The notes beneath the pieces were generated by a model. The model made no database searches. It was not told the origin of the DNA and worked only from the letters and a program-made list of their open reading frames with translations. DNA of 64,000 nucleotides from Octopus sinensis. Its lineage: Eukaryota. Below, piece after piece: positions 27,877 through 40,705 of this stretch; position 1 is the first letter of the stretch; every line of letters begins with the position of its first letter. Made by a program: the position numbers and the translations under genes. The stretch lies in the NCBI RefSeq assembly GCF_006345805.1, contig NC_043004.1, positions 42,718,001 through 42,782,000 on the forward strand, given 5' to 3'.

Positions 27877-30067
27877 TCATTTGTTTGTTCTGTGTGTATC
27901 TATATACTGATAGCCTAATATTAATATAATTTAAAATTTGGGGCTGAGGTTTATTAGGAATTCGGGGAGATGCTATTTAGTATGTAATTACCCTTTATTT
28001 TGATCTCATTACGAAATCCCCGTGGTATAATTTATCTTTCGTTCTTCTGAAACTATAAAATAACTTGGTTGTAAGAAAATGGGACAATCATAATCAAACA
28101 TAGCATTCCGTATTATGTTATTCCTTTTGCTCTTTTAACAACCTATAATCACGCACATCTATATTCATAAAAATATGAATAACTAAATTTTATCAAATAT
28201 TTGTTCGTACAGCATTGAAATGTTATGTTTGATAAGAGCATTAGATGATGTTCTTTTCTGCTTTCTAATAGAGAGGATTGGATTGGCAGTACTTTTACTG
28301 GTAAGTTGAGTTGTAATATATTTTTTGACTCTTCACTTTCTGACAGCGCCGTGTGGGTACAAGACAGTGGCCTTTCCCTTGGTTAATCATTTGCGGTGTC
28401 TAAGAAGGGAAACATTATTCTCGTGTAAGTACCGTTCTCCTGCTAGAAGTTGTTTGCCAAATTTTTCACATACATTTGCGCATGTGTGGGTATGTTTGGT
28501 ACTATAGCTGCTGACAAAACTGTGTGCACGCCTTGGTAATGTACTAATTAAAATTTTGTGTAGACTATGTTACGATACTCATGTTCAATAAATGTGAAAC
28601 ATACCCGTAGTATTCTCTTTGTCAGCAAATATGACGTTACTCACACTTGTCAATTCTAAATTGTCTAGAAAGAATTTTGAAATGCTTTAAATCTTATTCA
28701 ATTTTTATTTCGGATATCTAAAGGCCACTCTAAAAACTTTTCTGTGTCTGTTTCAGTTAAGTGAGGAATTTAATTCAACTGAAGCATATTTCTGCATGCG
28801 TCATTCAATACAATTTCCTTTAATATTATTATACATAACTTCCCCCAGCATTAGTAGATCAATATTTGCTTCACGTTTATATATCCTTCTTTATGTCCAA
28901 TGCAGTATTTTAACAAGTCATATGATACGTACAATGTGCTATGTCTATGCAAAGATAAAGCTGTAAGGTTATATACTGTCATAGCATTTTCAAGTTTTCG
29001 TAAAGCCAGGTTTTAGTTAGCAATGAGTGCATGTCTTCAAATTCAGTTTGTAGTGTAAACGAATTAATAATCTAGAATGTTTACTTTCATAACACATATT
29101 ATAAAGAATATTTTATTTTAGTATTGCAATTTTCTTCAAGAGTAACTTGAAAGAAAATTATTCAAAGTTGCATTCATATGTAAAATATAATTTGAACATT
29201 ACTTTCATCTTTATTCAAATAATATCATAATCTAGTTTTGGTGCAGAACACACGATATAAATGATATGATTATTGAAGGTACGGACATGATGCTATCTAC
29301 TTTCTCAAAAGGAAACTTAAACACAGTGTTAATCCTTGGCGAACCGAATGAAAGTTTAAGAGTCATTCACTTAAATGTATAGTTTATGTTCTATTTTACT
29401 CTAAACATAGACACGTACATACACGAGTTCAAATGAGCATGTTTACACACACAAAGACACATATACATAAACATACACACATATACATAAACATACACAC
29501 ATATCTACGTATCAAATGTCTATATAACGAAATGTGAAACACGCGTTTCACATGTATATTATATTTGAACGTCTTACTTTTCAGCGTTTTATTTCCTATT
29601 AGCTCTCAGTTATTCATTGCTAATTATTAATGGCAATCATCAAAAATGTCTATCCCTCAATTCGGCGATTTTTTGTATACTTTCGTTGATTTCGTGCATG
29701 GTCATTGGAATGAAACTTAACTATTAATAAACCGATTTAAGATTACCTCAACGAGATTCAGGAGGAATCGCGATAAATAACGTTTTGTTAAACAGTGGAA
29801 TGAATTGTTAAATCATTATGATCGAACACTTCGTAGACTGCTCGCATCTCTTCTCATCCAGAATTATATATCTAGATACACACTTACACAGACACATGTA
29901 TGTAAGTGTATATATGAAATATGTATATAATATATAGATATATATATATATATATATATAGAATATATATATATATAATATATGTATATAGATCAAATTT
30001 TCTTTCATTTGAGCATTCTGCATTTAAAAAAAAATTTTCCTTACTATATGTATATATATATATTATA

Positions 30068-30101
<34 letters not shown>

Positions 30102-32349
30102 TATGTATATGTATCTATATATATATGATATATATATATATATATATATATGATAGATCGTTAGCCACTACACATATTTTTTCTCTCCTTTCTCTCCTTG
30201 TTATTTTCTGTGTCCCCTTCAGTAGAATAGCGTAGGCTCGAAACGTAAAAGACTTTTTCTATTCCTGAGCGTTATACTAATACATCTGTTTGTTTTGTAC
30301 ACCTTCGTCTTTTGTTTTTTCGTAAACTCTCCCTATATACACATATGTATAGATACACACACACATACAATACAGATAAATACACACACAAATATATATA
30401 TGTGTCTATTTGTGTGCGTGTGTATTGAGAAGATGAGAGAGTGAAGTAGGGTGGGAGTGGAAAAGAACACAGATATAGAAAAAAAGAGAGTGGACTGAAT
30501 TGACTTATTTGTTAAAACGAACATAGCTTGGATGTGTTCTTTAACATGGAAATTGAGACAAGAGGCCTTGTACAAGGTACAAACATTCTCAAAGGTTATC
30601 AGCAGACGACGATTAAATCGTGTAAGCTCATACACTTCTAAATAAAACACATTATTTACACCTAAGTGAATTAATATTTTTACATGTCATAATGAGGCAA
30701 TCCTCTATTCCATGATTTACACTGGCAAAAGTGAAAAAGAATAAATTTAAAGACTAGAAAATTTTGTTATGATCCTATCTTGTGATTTTGGGAAATAACA
30801 AATATGTTTTCAAAGTAAGGAGGAATGCCTCGAGCATACAGGCAAGATGGACATGTTTCCAGATGTTAGAGAAAGAAACAATTAAAACAGTTTATTTAAA
30901 TCAGTAATTCTTGTGAATTTATAGAAAACAAACGCAAAGTACTGTTTTGAGACTTCATTGTAAACAGCAAAAATGCATTTCAGTTGGACGTGTTTAAAAT
31001 TACAAATCGTCTAAGACCAACACAAACTCAACTGCATCAGATGCAATGGAAAGTACACTGATCCTTCGAATAGAAAAGAACCAAATAAGAATACGTTCCC
31101 ATGGACAAACTGAATTATAAATGACCTAATACTTATGAAAAGAAAACTAAATTTCGCAAAGCCTTTCATTCTATGTAAACGTGTGATTTATTACTCTGAC
31201 AATTTAATTGTTATAATTGCTATAGCTCGGATTTTAAAGTGCATATGGTGGTTCGTTTCACGCCCACAATTGCTAATTTGATGGGAAAAAAAGGTGTTGA
31301 AATAAGATAGGAAACAATTAGCTGCTCTCAATTTGAGAGTAAGTTACTTAAAAAAATATATATATATATTTGAGAAAACTAGAGCAACAGAAGGAAAATA
31401 ACAACGCATAAAGGAAACATACGTCTAGTATTATCCTGACTTCTGATGAAATTACTTTTATAATTACAGTTTATTTCTCTGTACGCTCACAATTGTGACA
31501 ACTACAACGGTTGATGCTACTACTGCTGCAGCAGCTGATAAAGCTGCTGCTGATGTTAATACGGTTCGCTGTCACCACTGCAACTATTGATGATTCTACA
31601 GCTGATACGAGTAATGTTGTTGATGTTACAACTTATACACGGAGAGGCAATTTTGTTTCTGGTCGGCTATTCCGTCGCTAATATTTATGTTGCAGTTTTG
31701 GCAGACGACATTCAATTCCTCATGAGGTTTCTTTTTTCTTTCTGTTTTACAATATGATTGCAGTAATTAAGATACAGTTGCTTCCGGCTGCGCTGCTTGA
31801 AGATGATAATTTTTAATTATGACGACTATGATGATGAGGCTGACGTTCCCATCTATATTGGTGCGTAATATATTGATGGCGAATAGTGCATCAAAATTGA
31901 CGCAACTCCATGATGTCGATATTGGATTGAATATAAACTATGCGTAAAATCTTAAATTGCATCCATCCAATTGTATTGGCTAATCTAAAGATACAAATGA
32001 AAACATATCTAGACCGTTGTGTATGAAGAAATCTACCAGAAAGGGATTACTTCTTTTTTGTTCTCTTTTTCACTCGGCTAGTTATATATGAGATAAGCAG
32101 AGTTCAAACAGTACGCAGCATAAAATTCTTATTTCTACAGTATCTGTATTCATCGAAAGATAGATAATATTTAATCTCTTACACATTTAAGAAAAAGAAA
32201 GGATATGATAATATGCAATTTCCCTAACCACAAATTGATAATTTTTATTTATCTATATGGTTAGTCTTTTTTTTTTTCTGGCAGTAATGATTGCAATTAC
32301 AAATATGTACATATACCAATCCATTTATATGCCTACCATACACAAAGAC

Positions 32350-32555
32350 TGAAGAAGAAGAAGAAGAAGAAGAAGAGAAGAAGAAGAAGAAGAGAAGAAG
32401 AAGAAGAGAAGACGGAAGAAGATGAAGAAGAAGAGTAGGAGAAGAAGAAGAAGACAAGAGAAGTGAGGAGAAGAAGAAGAAGAAGAAGAAAAGAAGAAGA
32501 AGAAGAAGAAGAAGAAGAAGAAGAAGAAGAAGAAGAAGAAGAAGAAGAAGCAGAA
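32350..32555. repeat. (GAA)n microsatellite
   Basis: Direct reading. Confidence 0.95.
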
Positions 32556-33540
32556 GAATATATATACGTAGGAGTTAATCATGTGCTTCGGAGTGCGACG
32601 ACTGAGCTTTTCTGTAGATTTCCATCTAGTTTTCATTTCAAAAAATAATTTCAGTAGAAGAATCAAATGGATTTTTTTTAAAAGAAAAAAAAATCATTGT
32701 TTATTTTTGCAATAACTTCTGCGATAGAACACTTCGAAACAGTCATTTTTATTTTAAATATATGACAAAGCAATGGAAACGAGCAATGATCTGTGAATGT
32801 AATCAGTTATAGTTGTATCAGTGTTTATTGTTTTTCATAACAATATCGGAGAAGTGAAATTTAAGTTGTGGTCGTAAACTAATTGAAATCATAACCACCA
32901 TTGCTACAACAAGGTTTCTTAAATCTTTAATGAGTCTGCTGGCGTGATTTTTAAAATTGCTTTTATGGTATTTTTCTCTTCTTTTTGTTTTCTCTGTGTA
33001 TTGTTCATATCGCAATTCTTGGTGATATGGCTTTACACAATTTAGAATAAAACACAAAAATAATTAATAAGCTAATTATTGACAATTTCAAAAATAATGA
33101 AGAAGAAACACATGCTAAAAATAATTTATGAAGCTTCTTTATTTACGAGGTAATTAAATTTGCGTTTCTACTGAGGTTAAAATATTTATAGAGTCGTAAT
33201 TAAAGACAGAAAAATGTTTTCTGTGGAAACGAAATATATATTGTGTACAGGCATAATCTTTACAAGAAGAATTCTATCAATCAAGATGTTTATAGTTCAA
33301 AATTTTCCATAGCATTTAGATGTTTTTTTCGGAAATACATTATATCCAATTAACAAATAGGAATTAGGAAAAAGAGTATATTTAATATATAATCTACAGC
33401 AATACCGATATTTTATGCTTGAAAAGGACGTGTCAATCCAAGTACAGTGTAAAATATTATATTTACAGTACAAAAGTTAGTATGATAAATAGAAGCCCTT
33501 CTGACTCATAGACTATCCCTTGTTTTCTACCTATTCCTCG

Positions 33541-33922
33541 TGGAGGCGCAATGGCCCAGTGGTTAGGGCAGCAGACTCGCGGTCATAAGATCGCGGTTTC
33601 GATTCCCAGACCGGGCGTTGTGAGTGTTTATTGAGCGAAAACACCTAAAGCTCCACGAGGCTCTGGCAGGGGGTGGTGGTGATCCCTGCTGTACTCTTTC
33701 ACCACAACTTTCTCTCACTCTTACTTCCTGTTTCTGTTGTACCTGTATTCAAGGGGCCGGCCTTGTCACTCTCTGTGTCACGCTGAATATCCCCGAGAAC
33801 TACGTTAAGGGTGCACGTGTTTGTGGAGTGCTCAGCCACTTACACGTTAATTTCACGAGAAGGCTGTTCCGTTGATTCGGATCAACCGGAACCCTCGTTG
33901 TCGTAACCGTCGGAGTGCTTCC
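33541..33922 (+). mobile_element. tRNA-derived SINE, family A (tail type 1), full length
   Basis: Pol III A box TGGCCCAGTGG and B box GGTTTCGATTCC; near-identical copy at 51881-52266; TSD acctattcctc / acctatccctc (10/11). Confidence 0.9.
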
Positions 33923-34152
33923 ACCTATCCCTCTGCCACGCTTTCTCTCATTCTTTTTCATATCACTGTCGTGCGCAGTTTCTAAGTTGAAAGATTCTCA
34001 TACACTCTTTCTACGTATTGGTATATAGTTATAACAACACCTCCGATGAGTGGATGAGAATTTATACACACACACACACCACCACACACAAACACACACA
34101 CATACATACATAATTCTCTTTCTCTCTCTGTCTCTCTCTCTCTCTATATATA

Positions 34153-34189
<37 letters not shown>

Positions 34190-34191
<2 letters not shown>

Positions 34192-34309
34192 CAGAGATGT
34201 ACTTGCATAGCAAGTGATTTGATCTGAGATCGTGTGCTGAAACGAAAACAATTGCAGCGTGGAGGTTGTCTGTAAGCCATTTAAGAAACACACAAAAGCC
34301 GTTCGATTC
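34190..34309 (+). mobile_element. Fragment of a dispersed repeat also present inverted at 56303-56497
   Basis: gtacttgcatagcaagtgatttgatctgagatcgtgtgctgaaacgaaaacaattgcagcgtgg matches the reverse complement of about 56380-56496. Confidence 0.75.
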
Positions 34310-34311
34310 TG

Positions 34312-34521
34312 ATGCACCGCCGTTTTGTGTTACACTGTTATTACGACGAACCTCGTCTAATATGTGGCACTTGGTGAAGAATGGAGTTTGATAAAGCTAC
34401 TCTCATTTGCACCTCTTGCCGTGATGTAGGTTCATCTGGGACTCTTGACAGGAAGATGTCCAGCTTTGATTTAAAAACCGCTACATCTACTTTGTGCAAG
34501 TTCCTCAGACCCTTTGGGAGA
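34312..34521 (-). mobile_element. CR1/L2-group LINE, 3' end of ORF2 plus the start of the 3' UTR
   Basis: LPKGLRNLHKVDVAVFKSKLDIFLSRVPDEPT...SNSILHQ resembles the C-terminal motif of CR1/L2-like ORF2 proteins. Confidence 0.7.
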
Positions 34522-35305
34522 ATATATATATATATATATATATATATCAAAGTATCATTAGCGACAGAAATCCCCATAAAATTCAACAAATCAGAATATA
34601 AGTTCAATGTCGTAGAATATTATATTAAATTCTTACTATTCCTCTTCAAAGTTGTCGACTACACGTGTTTCATGAGGTTGTATACTATGTTCCTGTGACG
34701 CACCTATTCTCCGCTTATAACTATATCTATCATTATATATTAAAACTTAAATGTATATCAAACTAAACAGATATAGAAATAAATTGCTAGTAAGCCAAAA
34801 AATAGATGTGTAAATCAATTCATTGAACCCTGCAGTTTAACCCATAATTAATTAAGAATTAAATGTTGAGTACGCTTAAAATATATATATATATATAAAT
34901 TAAAACTATATAATATACGAATGAGAAGATATATATATATATATGTGTGGGTGTGTGTGTTTGTCCCTGGGTGTGTGTACGCGTATGTATGTCTGTCTGC
35001 ATGTATGTATATATGTATATATGTGTGATGTTTTATCTCAGAGAATCAGGGTAGAGATAAAACGACAAAGAAAGAAAGAAGTAGGTAAAGTAGCGACAAG
35101 TATGAGGAGTTATACAAAGCAATTATGATGTACTGAAGTGTGAGTACATCATAATGGCTTAGCATATTTGAATGTAAAACAATAAAAAGGTAACATTCTC
35201 ATGCTGTTTACAGTTTAATTAGCGTAAATATGCTACGGCATATAACCAGATTCAGAATAATTGCGCTCCTAATATAAAGGCATCTAAAAAGGTATATGAA
35301 ATCTG

Positions 35306-35727
35306 GGAGCTTTTCTGTTTGAACGGCAGTTTTTAGCATAATTTCTAGGTAACTAAAAAATTTCAAACTTCGTATATTGGTAGAATGTGTTTATAAAACA
35401 TATTTTTCTCTTGGCTTTATTGAGAAAATTCTATAGTTTGTAAGATATTTGTTATATTTTTCTTCAATTTCTGCAATTTCAACTAATCAATGTCGTCCAT
35501 TGAGGTAAAAACATTCTGTGCCGTATGAATATGTCCCTCGTTTAAGAAACAGATTGGGTTGATTTACATCTGTGAAGAAAAACAGATACCCTTCCCCTCA
35601 CCCCTAACCCTATCCCTAACCCTAAAACAGATTGAAATGCAATAGATCGATACTAAGATTATAATTATGGGTGACAATTTCATATGACACTGCTAGGAAA
35701 AAACTGCTGTTCAAACCGAAAAGATCC
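35306..35727 (+). mobile_element. ~420-bp MITE with TIRs and internal CCCTAA repeats, copy 2
   Basis: Termini ggagcttttc / gaaaagatcc; direct repeat gaaatctg(g) at 35298-35305 and 35728-35735 (8-9-bp TSD); homologous to copy 1. Confidence 0.85.
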
Positions 35728-36433
35728 GAAATCTGGAAAGGCTGACGAAATAAAACTGGAAATAAAGTCCATTAGTGTGGCGTGAATTATGTATTAAAAG
35801 GGAAACAAACATCGAAACAGGAAAGCGTATGGCAAACGTTCCATGTTAAACATTAATATTCAGTTAAATCGCACACATTCATCGTTTTGTTGTTCTCAGC
35901 GTAATCCCGTCGTGATCTTAGAGTTTATTGACGCTCGTGTGTATTTTACTTCTTCAACACAACTACCGAAATATAAATCAAATGAAAAGTGAATCAGTTG
36001 TTTCATTGCTAGAGAATGAAAGAAAAAAATGTATCAATGTTGTTGAGGTCATTGATATATCAATGTAATATAACATGTTTACACTGTTATGGACGAAACG
36101 GCTTTTCACCAATAAGTATTTTTTATTTCAAATATATTGAAGCAATTATGTTCACAAAGAATATGTGGAAATACGCAGCCATACACACATATACACACAT
36201 GTATATACAAACTTGCATACATACATACACACATACATACATACATACACAAATACATACATGCATACATACACACACACACATTATATACATATATATA
36301 TATATATTATATATATATATATATATATATTTATAATAACAAAGGGTAAAATTAATTAAGAAGTAATCAATAATTTCACCAAGTAGAATTCGGCATGAAA
36401 AAAGGACCATTTCACGGTAAACTTAAGTAATAC

Positions 36434-36538
36434 TTAATAATTAGGGTTCAGCAAAGGTATTCTTTACCACATACATATTTTGCTTTCTCTGGTAGTCCCT
36501 TTTTAAAGTAGAAGAAATCTTTGCTGAACCCTAATTAT

Positions 36539-36541
<3 letters not shown>
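36434..36541. mobile_element. ~108-bp mini-MITE with perfect 23-bp TIRs
   Basis: ttaataattagggttcagcaaag (36434-36456) and ctttgctgaaccctaattattaa (36519-36541). Confidence 0.75.
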
Positions 36542-36593
<52 letters not shown>

Positions 36594-36925
36594 GCGAGAA
36601 AGAAGCAACAAGAATGGATAAGTTTTTAGTACAATCGTTTCATACAAAGACAGGCTTATTAAAAGTTGCAAAAATTGCAGCATATAAACGGTCCCGTACT
36701 CATCAGCTAAAATACATGTGAGTTCCCTAGACATCTTAGTGGTTGAGGCTATACTCATGAAGTAATGTAGATAATTAAGTAACATAAACAGATTTCCAAA
36801 GTTCATTAAAGTTCTTTAAAGATGATGTACAGTCTTATCACAGATTTTTAAAAAAGTTTTAATAGCAACACAGGAAGGTGACTTAATCCATTGTGTACAT
36901 ATGAATTTCCATATGAATTGCTTTT

Positions 36926-37028
<103 letters not shown>

Positions 37029-37221
37029 AATGTGTGTTACATAGGTTTTTATGGTGGCTCCTAGCAATTTACAACCGAAAAGCGACAAGTATAGTCGTGA
37101 CTAAAGTGATGGAGTGTGCTATGCAGCATGAATAGAAATATGAATCAAAACAACCCGTAGCCACGGGAGAGCAACTTTCTAACGACTCTCAGGGGAGATA
37201 AGCTCTCTACGGCAAGCGAGA

Positions 37222-37273
37222 GGGAATTATACCAGCACTGATTTCAGATTTGATTAATCTTCATCAGTGATCC
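37222..37273 (-). ncRNA. Candidate type I hammerhead ribozyme
   Basis: Minus strand: ggauca-CUGAUGA-AGAUU(aauca)AAUCU-GAAA-UCA(GUGC)UGGUA^uaauuc. The core is complete, stem II is a perfect 5 bp, stem III is 4 bp, the cleavage triplet is GUA, and stem I has one mismatch. Confidence 0.5.
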
Positions 37274-37396
37274 GTTACTCCGTCGCGGAGTGTTAAAGAA
37301 CTTAACTCACGTTGCCAGCCTTATAGAGAAAAGGAACTGGAACTTATAAATTATCTTTAAAACCGCACTTTAAAACCGATACACAAACAAACACAC

Positions 37397-37466
<70 letters not shown>

Positions 37467-38011
37467 ACACATATATATATATAAAAATTAAAGGACTGTT
37501 TTTTTTATTTGAGAACACATTCTGTGTGGAAAATAGCGATTTTGAAGTCTATATCTAGCATGTTGACCGTCCAATTTTAGTGCTCAGTCCTTTAAATTTT
37601 GTATGTAAAAATATTTTAATCTTCGGATTTTTTTAATATGCTAGGGCACTGGTTTTAATTAATTAATATCAAGTCTACCCTTATTAAATTATATATATAT
37701 ATATATAATAAGGAATCAAATAGAATAGGCTACTTGAAACGGTATACACCAGGTAGGGTTGGAGTAATCTTTGGTCACCGCCTGTAGTTGATAAATATCA
37801 AGTAGGATATTCCGGTTGTGTGCACAGTGAAAACGAACGCTATGAGCATTTAGCACCTAGGAGCGGGTCTAAAGCACACGTTACGCTGATTGTAAGTTGT
37901 TGGTATATTCCAGGGTGTAAGACGTGTCGTAATTCCCTATGCTGTATTATAATCAAAAGAATAATAACACGATGGATAATTGTCAACATATGACAGCTTT
38001 TTCTAACGCAT

Positions 38012-38227
38012 TTTTTAAAGAGAATATTGAGAACAGTACTTCATTGCAAAAGCCGTAACCATCAGATGAAACATAATTTCAAACAAGCGAATATCCCAAG
38101 AATATTGCATGTGTAGTCTGTCGAAGCTTACGATGTATTCTTGGGATATTGTTTTGTTTTTGAAATTATGTTTCATCTGATGGTTACAGTTTTGCAACGA
38201 AGTGATATTCTCATTCTTCTATAAAAG
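38012..38227. repeat. ~215-bp foldback with ~90-bp imperfect arms
   Basis: gtaaccatcagatgaaacataatttcaaa and aatatcccaagaata pair with tattcttgggatatt and tttgaaattatgtttcatctgatggttac; loop about 31 nt. Confidence 0.9.
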
Positions 38228-38554
38228 AAATTCTTAAAAACCTGCTGTAATGATCTGACAATTATCTATCGTCTGTTGTGACCAATATTTTCGCATCCAT
38301 AAAGCACTTAGCCTTATAGACGGCTCGTGAGATTGCAATAGCTGCGGACATATAACGGCTTTTCAAACTGGAGCTAGAAAACTGTTATAAAAATATATTG
38401 TGGGAGCCTTAAGCGACATGGGTTTTCGCCTTTAGGTCCGTCTAGTCAGGAAATTATTACGGTCCTAATCAATGAACGGAGAATCTCTGCCCTTAGGTTG
38501 GTTCAGTCCGAAATTATTTTTATACGGCCCTAATCAACGAACAGGAAATCCCAC

Positions 38555-38886
38555 GCAAGCAGTAGGTAGCGTTTGACATGCGGAAAACAGTTGTAGTTTT
38601 CACTTCAGGAATTTAACAGTGTTCCTGTGTCAACTGAGATTTTAGCATCCTTGCCCGCTGTGCTATGCAAAGCTTGCTTCGTCTGTTCTCGTTTATATTT
38701 AGTTGCGTATAGAATTCCTTCACCTTTAAGGTCCCACACGTGCCTTGCCACGGACATGACATAACGTCTTTGTAGGATCCTAAAAGAGGACCTATGGTTG
38801 TACAGGTGGGTCTTAAAGGCAGTTCCGGCTGAACCGATATATCTACGAACTTGAGCGCTGGTTGTATTATCGCCTCTGGTATTCAT
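38555..38886 (-). mobile_element. Second Penelope-like GIY-YIG endonuclease remnant (different subtype)
   Basis: The ORF track gives RYIGSAGTAFKTHLYNHRSSFRILQRRYVMSVARHVWDLKGEG, matching YIG..FK.R..NH.SSF...LS.H(I/V)W.LK. It ends LLNS*SENYNCFPHVKRYLL, like the PLE C-terminal LN.R.E...C.H..K.LL motif. Confidence 0.8.
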
Positions 38887-40127
38887 TGGCTCCGGCTCTG
38901 ATTTTACAGCAGTTGATGCCAGCTACTGTCACTGATCTCGGTGATGTTATTTCTAACAACTCCGCCACAATAAAAACATTACTTTAACTGTGTTTTGATG
39001 ATACGACAATAAGCATTTGTATACATTTCTGAATATTATATAAGTGGAATATATCAATATACGTCTTTGAAGAAACTCTTGTCTGCCATACTACAATGAT
39101 TATGAGAAATTTCTAACGACGGAACATGTATACAGTACTATCTTCAGCAAATTTGGCGTACCCACTAGGAAGGCGCAACATAGATGAAGAAAATATAAGC
39201 CAGTAGTATACGCCAGTGAGCTTAATTGAAGATTATGTTCATTCTATGGCCAGTAAGAATACTGCATATTGTGGACTTGCTATCTCCTTTGCACACGTAC
39301 AGTATTTGGGAATCAATCTTGAATTTTCTGCAGGAACTGTTTAAGGTTAAATATATTATTAAAATTACACATTTAAAATAATTTATTCAAAATATTGATA
39401 GCAGATAATTTCGAATAAAATGCAGGATAAATAAAATAATTTAGTTTGTCAGTTCTTGATTCGATTTGTTTTATTCGTAAAATATTCATGCAGTATGATC
39501 TATGAATAGAATTTATATAAACTGATATCATAAAATATTCTATTTCTTGAACACAGTGTCTCTAATAATTTACAAATCTAAACAAATATAAATATAAAAA
39601 AAGGACACATATTAATTTGTATCTTTCATGCTATTTGACAAACGAGGCACTGTACTTTTGAAAATATGACATATGATTCTACTGAGGAAACTTAATTAAC
39701 AGCGAAAGGGCTGTAAATATACACACCTTTTAATTTATTTGTTAGTGCAAACTAACAATTGACGCAAATTATTCTGTACGTACAGCCTAGATAAAATTGA
39801 ATATCTACGTCTTTTCTATTCGATTTTAAGTGTAATTAGCATATCAGTTTTTTTCTTCTGTTATAATGAAGAAAGATGTTTATATGTGAGAAGCTAGCGT
39901 GATTACTTTTCTGCTGCTAATATCCGCATATTTATTACTGAGAGTTAAATGGCCTTGACAGAATTTCATATAAAACACTGCCATTACATTTTCTACAGGG
40001 AAACACATTTCCTTTGCGTTGACAATCTGATCGATAATTAATTGCGAATTTTTATAATCGCAGGTTCATAGTCCTCATTAAATAGACACTGAAAGTCAAT
40101 ATCACGTTACTTCTTAAGGCATCGATC

Positions 40128-40250
40128 AGGCAGAATCATTAGCACGCCTGGAAATTTTTTTAGCAGCATTTCGTCCGTATTTATATTCTGATCTCAATGT
40201 CCACCAAGGTCGACATAGTGGCCGATAAAATATGTACCAATTGAACATTG
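40128..40250 (+). mobile_element. Old, degraded copy of SINE family B
   Basis: ggcagaatcattagcacgcc...aggtcgac...gataaaatatgtacca aligns by eye with 40334-40480. Confidence 0.55.
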
Positions 40251-40333
40251 AATCAGCTGTAAACGACTTGCTCTTGCCCTCAGATTGCTAGCCTTGTGCC
40301 AAAATTTGAGACCTATATTATGATGCTCCTTAA

Positions 40334-40566
40334 GGCGTCGAAATGGCAGAAACATTAGCACACCGGGTGAAATGCATAGCGGTATTTTGTCTGCCGTTAC
40401 GTTCTGAGTTCAAATTCCGCCGGGGTCGACTTTGCCTTTCATCCTTTCGGGGTCGCTAAATTAAGTACGATTTACACACTGGGGGTCGATATAATTGACT
40501 TAATCCGTTTGTCTGTCCTTATTTGTCCCCTCTATGTTTAGCCCCATGTGGGCAATAAAGAAATAA
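40334..40566 (+). mobile_element. tRNA-related SINE, family B
   Basis: B-box-like GAGTTCAAATTC; central gcctttcatcctttcggggtcg; the 3' part is also present inverted at 63915-64000. Confidence 0.8.
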
Positions 40567-40705
40567 GAAACGTTAGCACACCGGGAAAAAAGCCTAGACA
40601 GCATTTGCTCCGTCTTTACTTTCTGAGTTCAAATTCAACCAAAGTCGAATTTGGATTTCGTCGTTGCTTGTTGATAATATAAATACCAATTGAATACTGG
40701 GCTTG
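40567..40705 (+). mobile_element. Degraded partial copy of SINE family B, directly downstream
   Basis: gaaacgttagcacaccggg...ttctgagttcaaattc repeats the head of 40334-40566. Confidence 0.6.

Noticed and set aside
33541-33620. tRNA genes at the SINE heads (also 44120-44199, 49870-49943, 51881-51955)
   Set aside because: A/B boxes are present, but no full cloverleaf is evident and each continues into a repeated SINE body.
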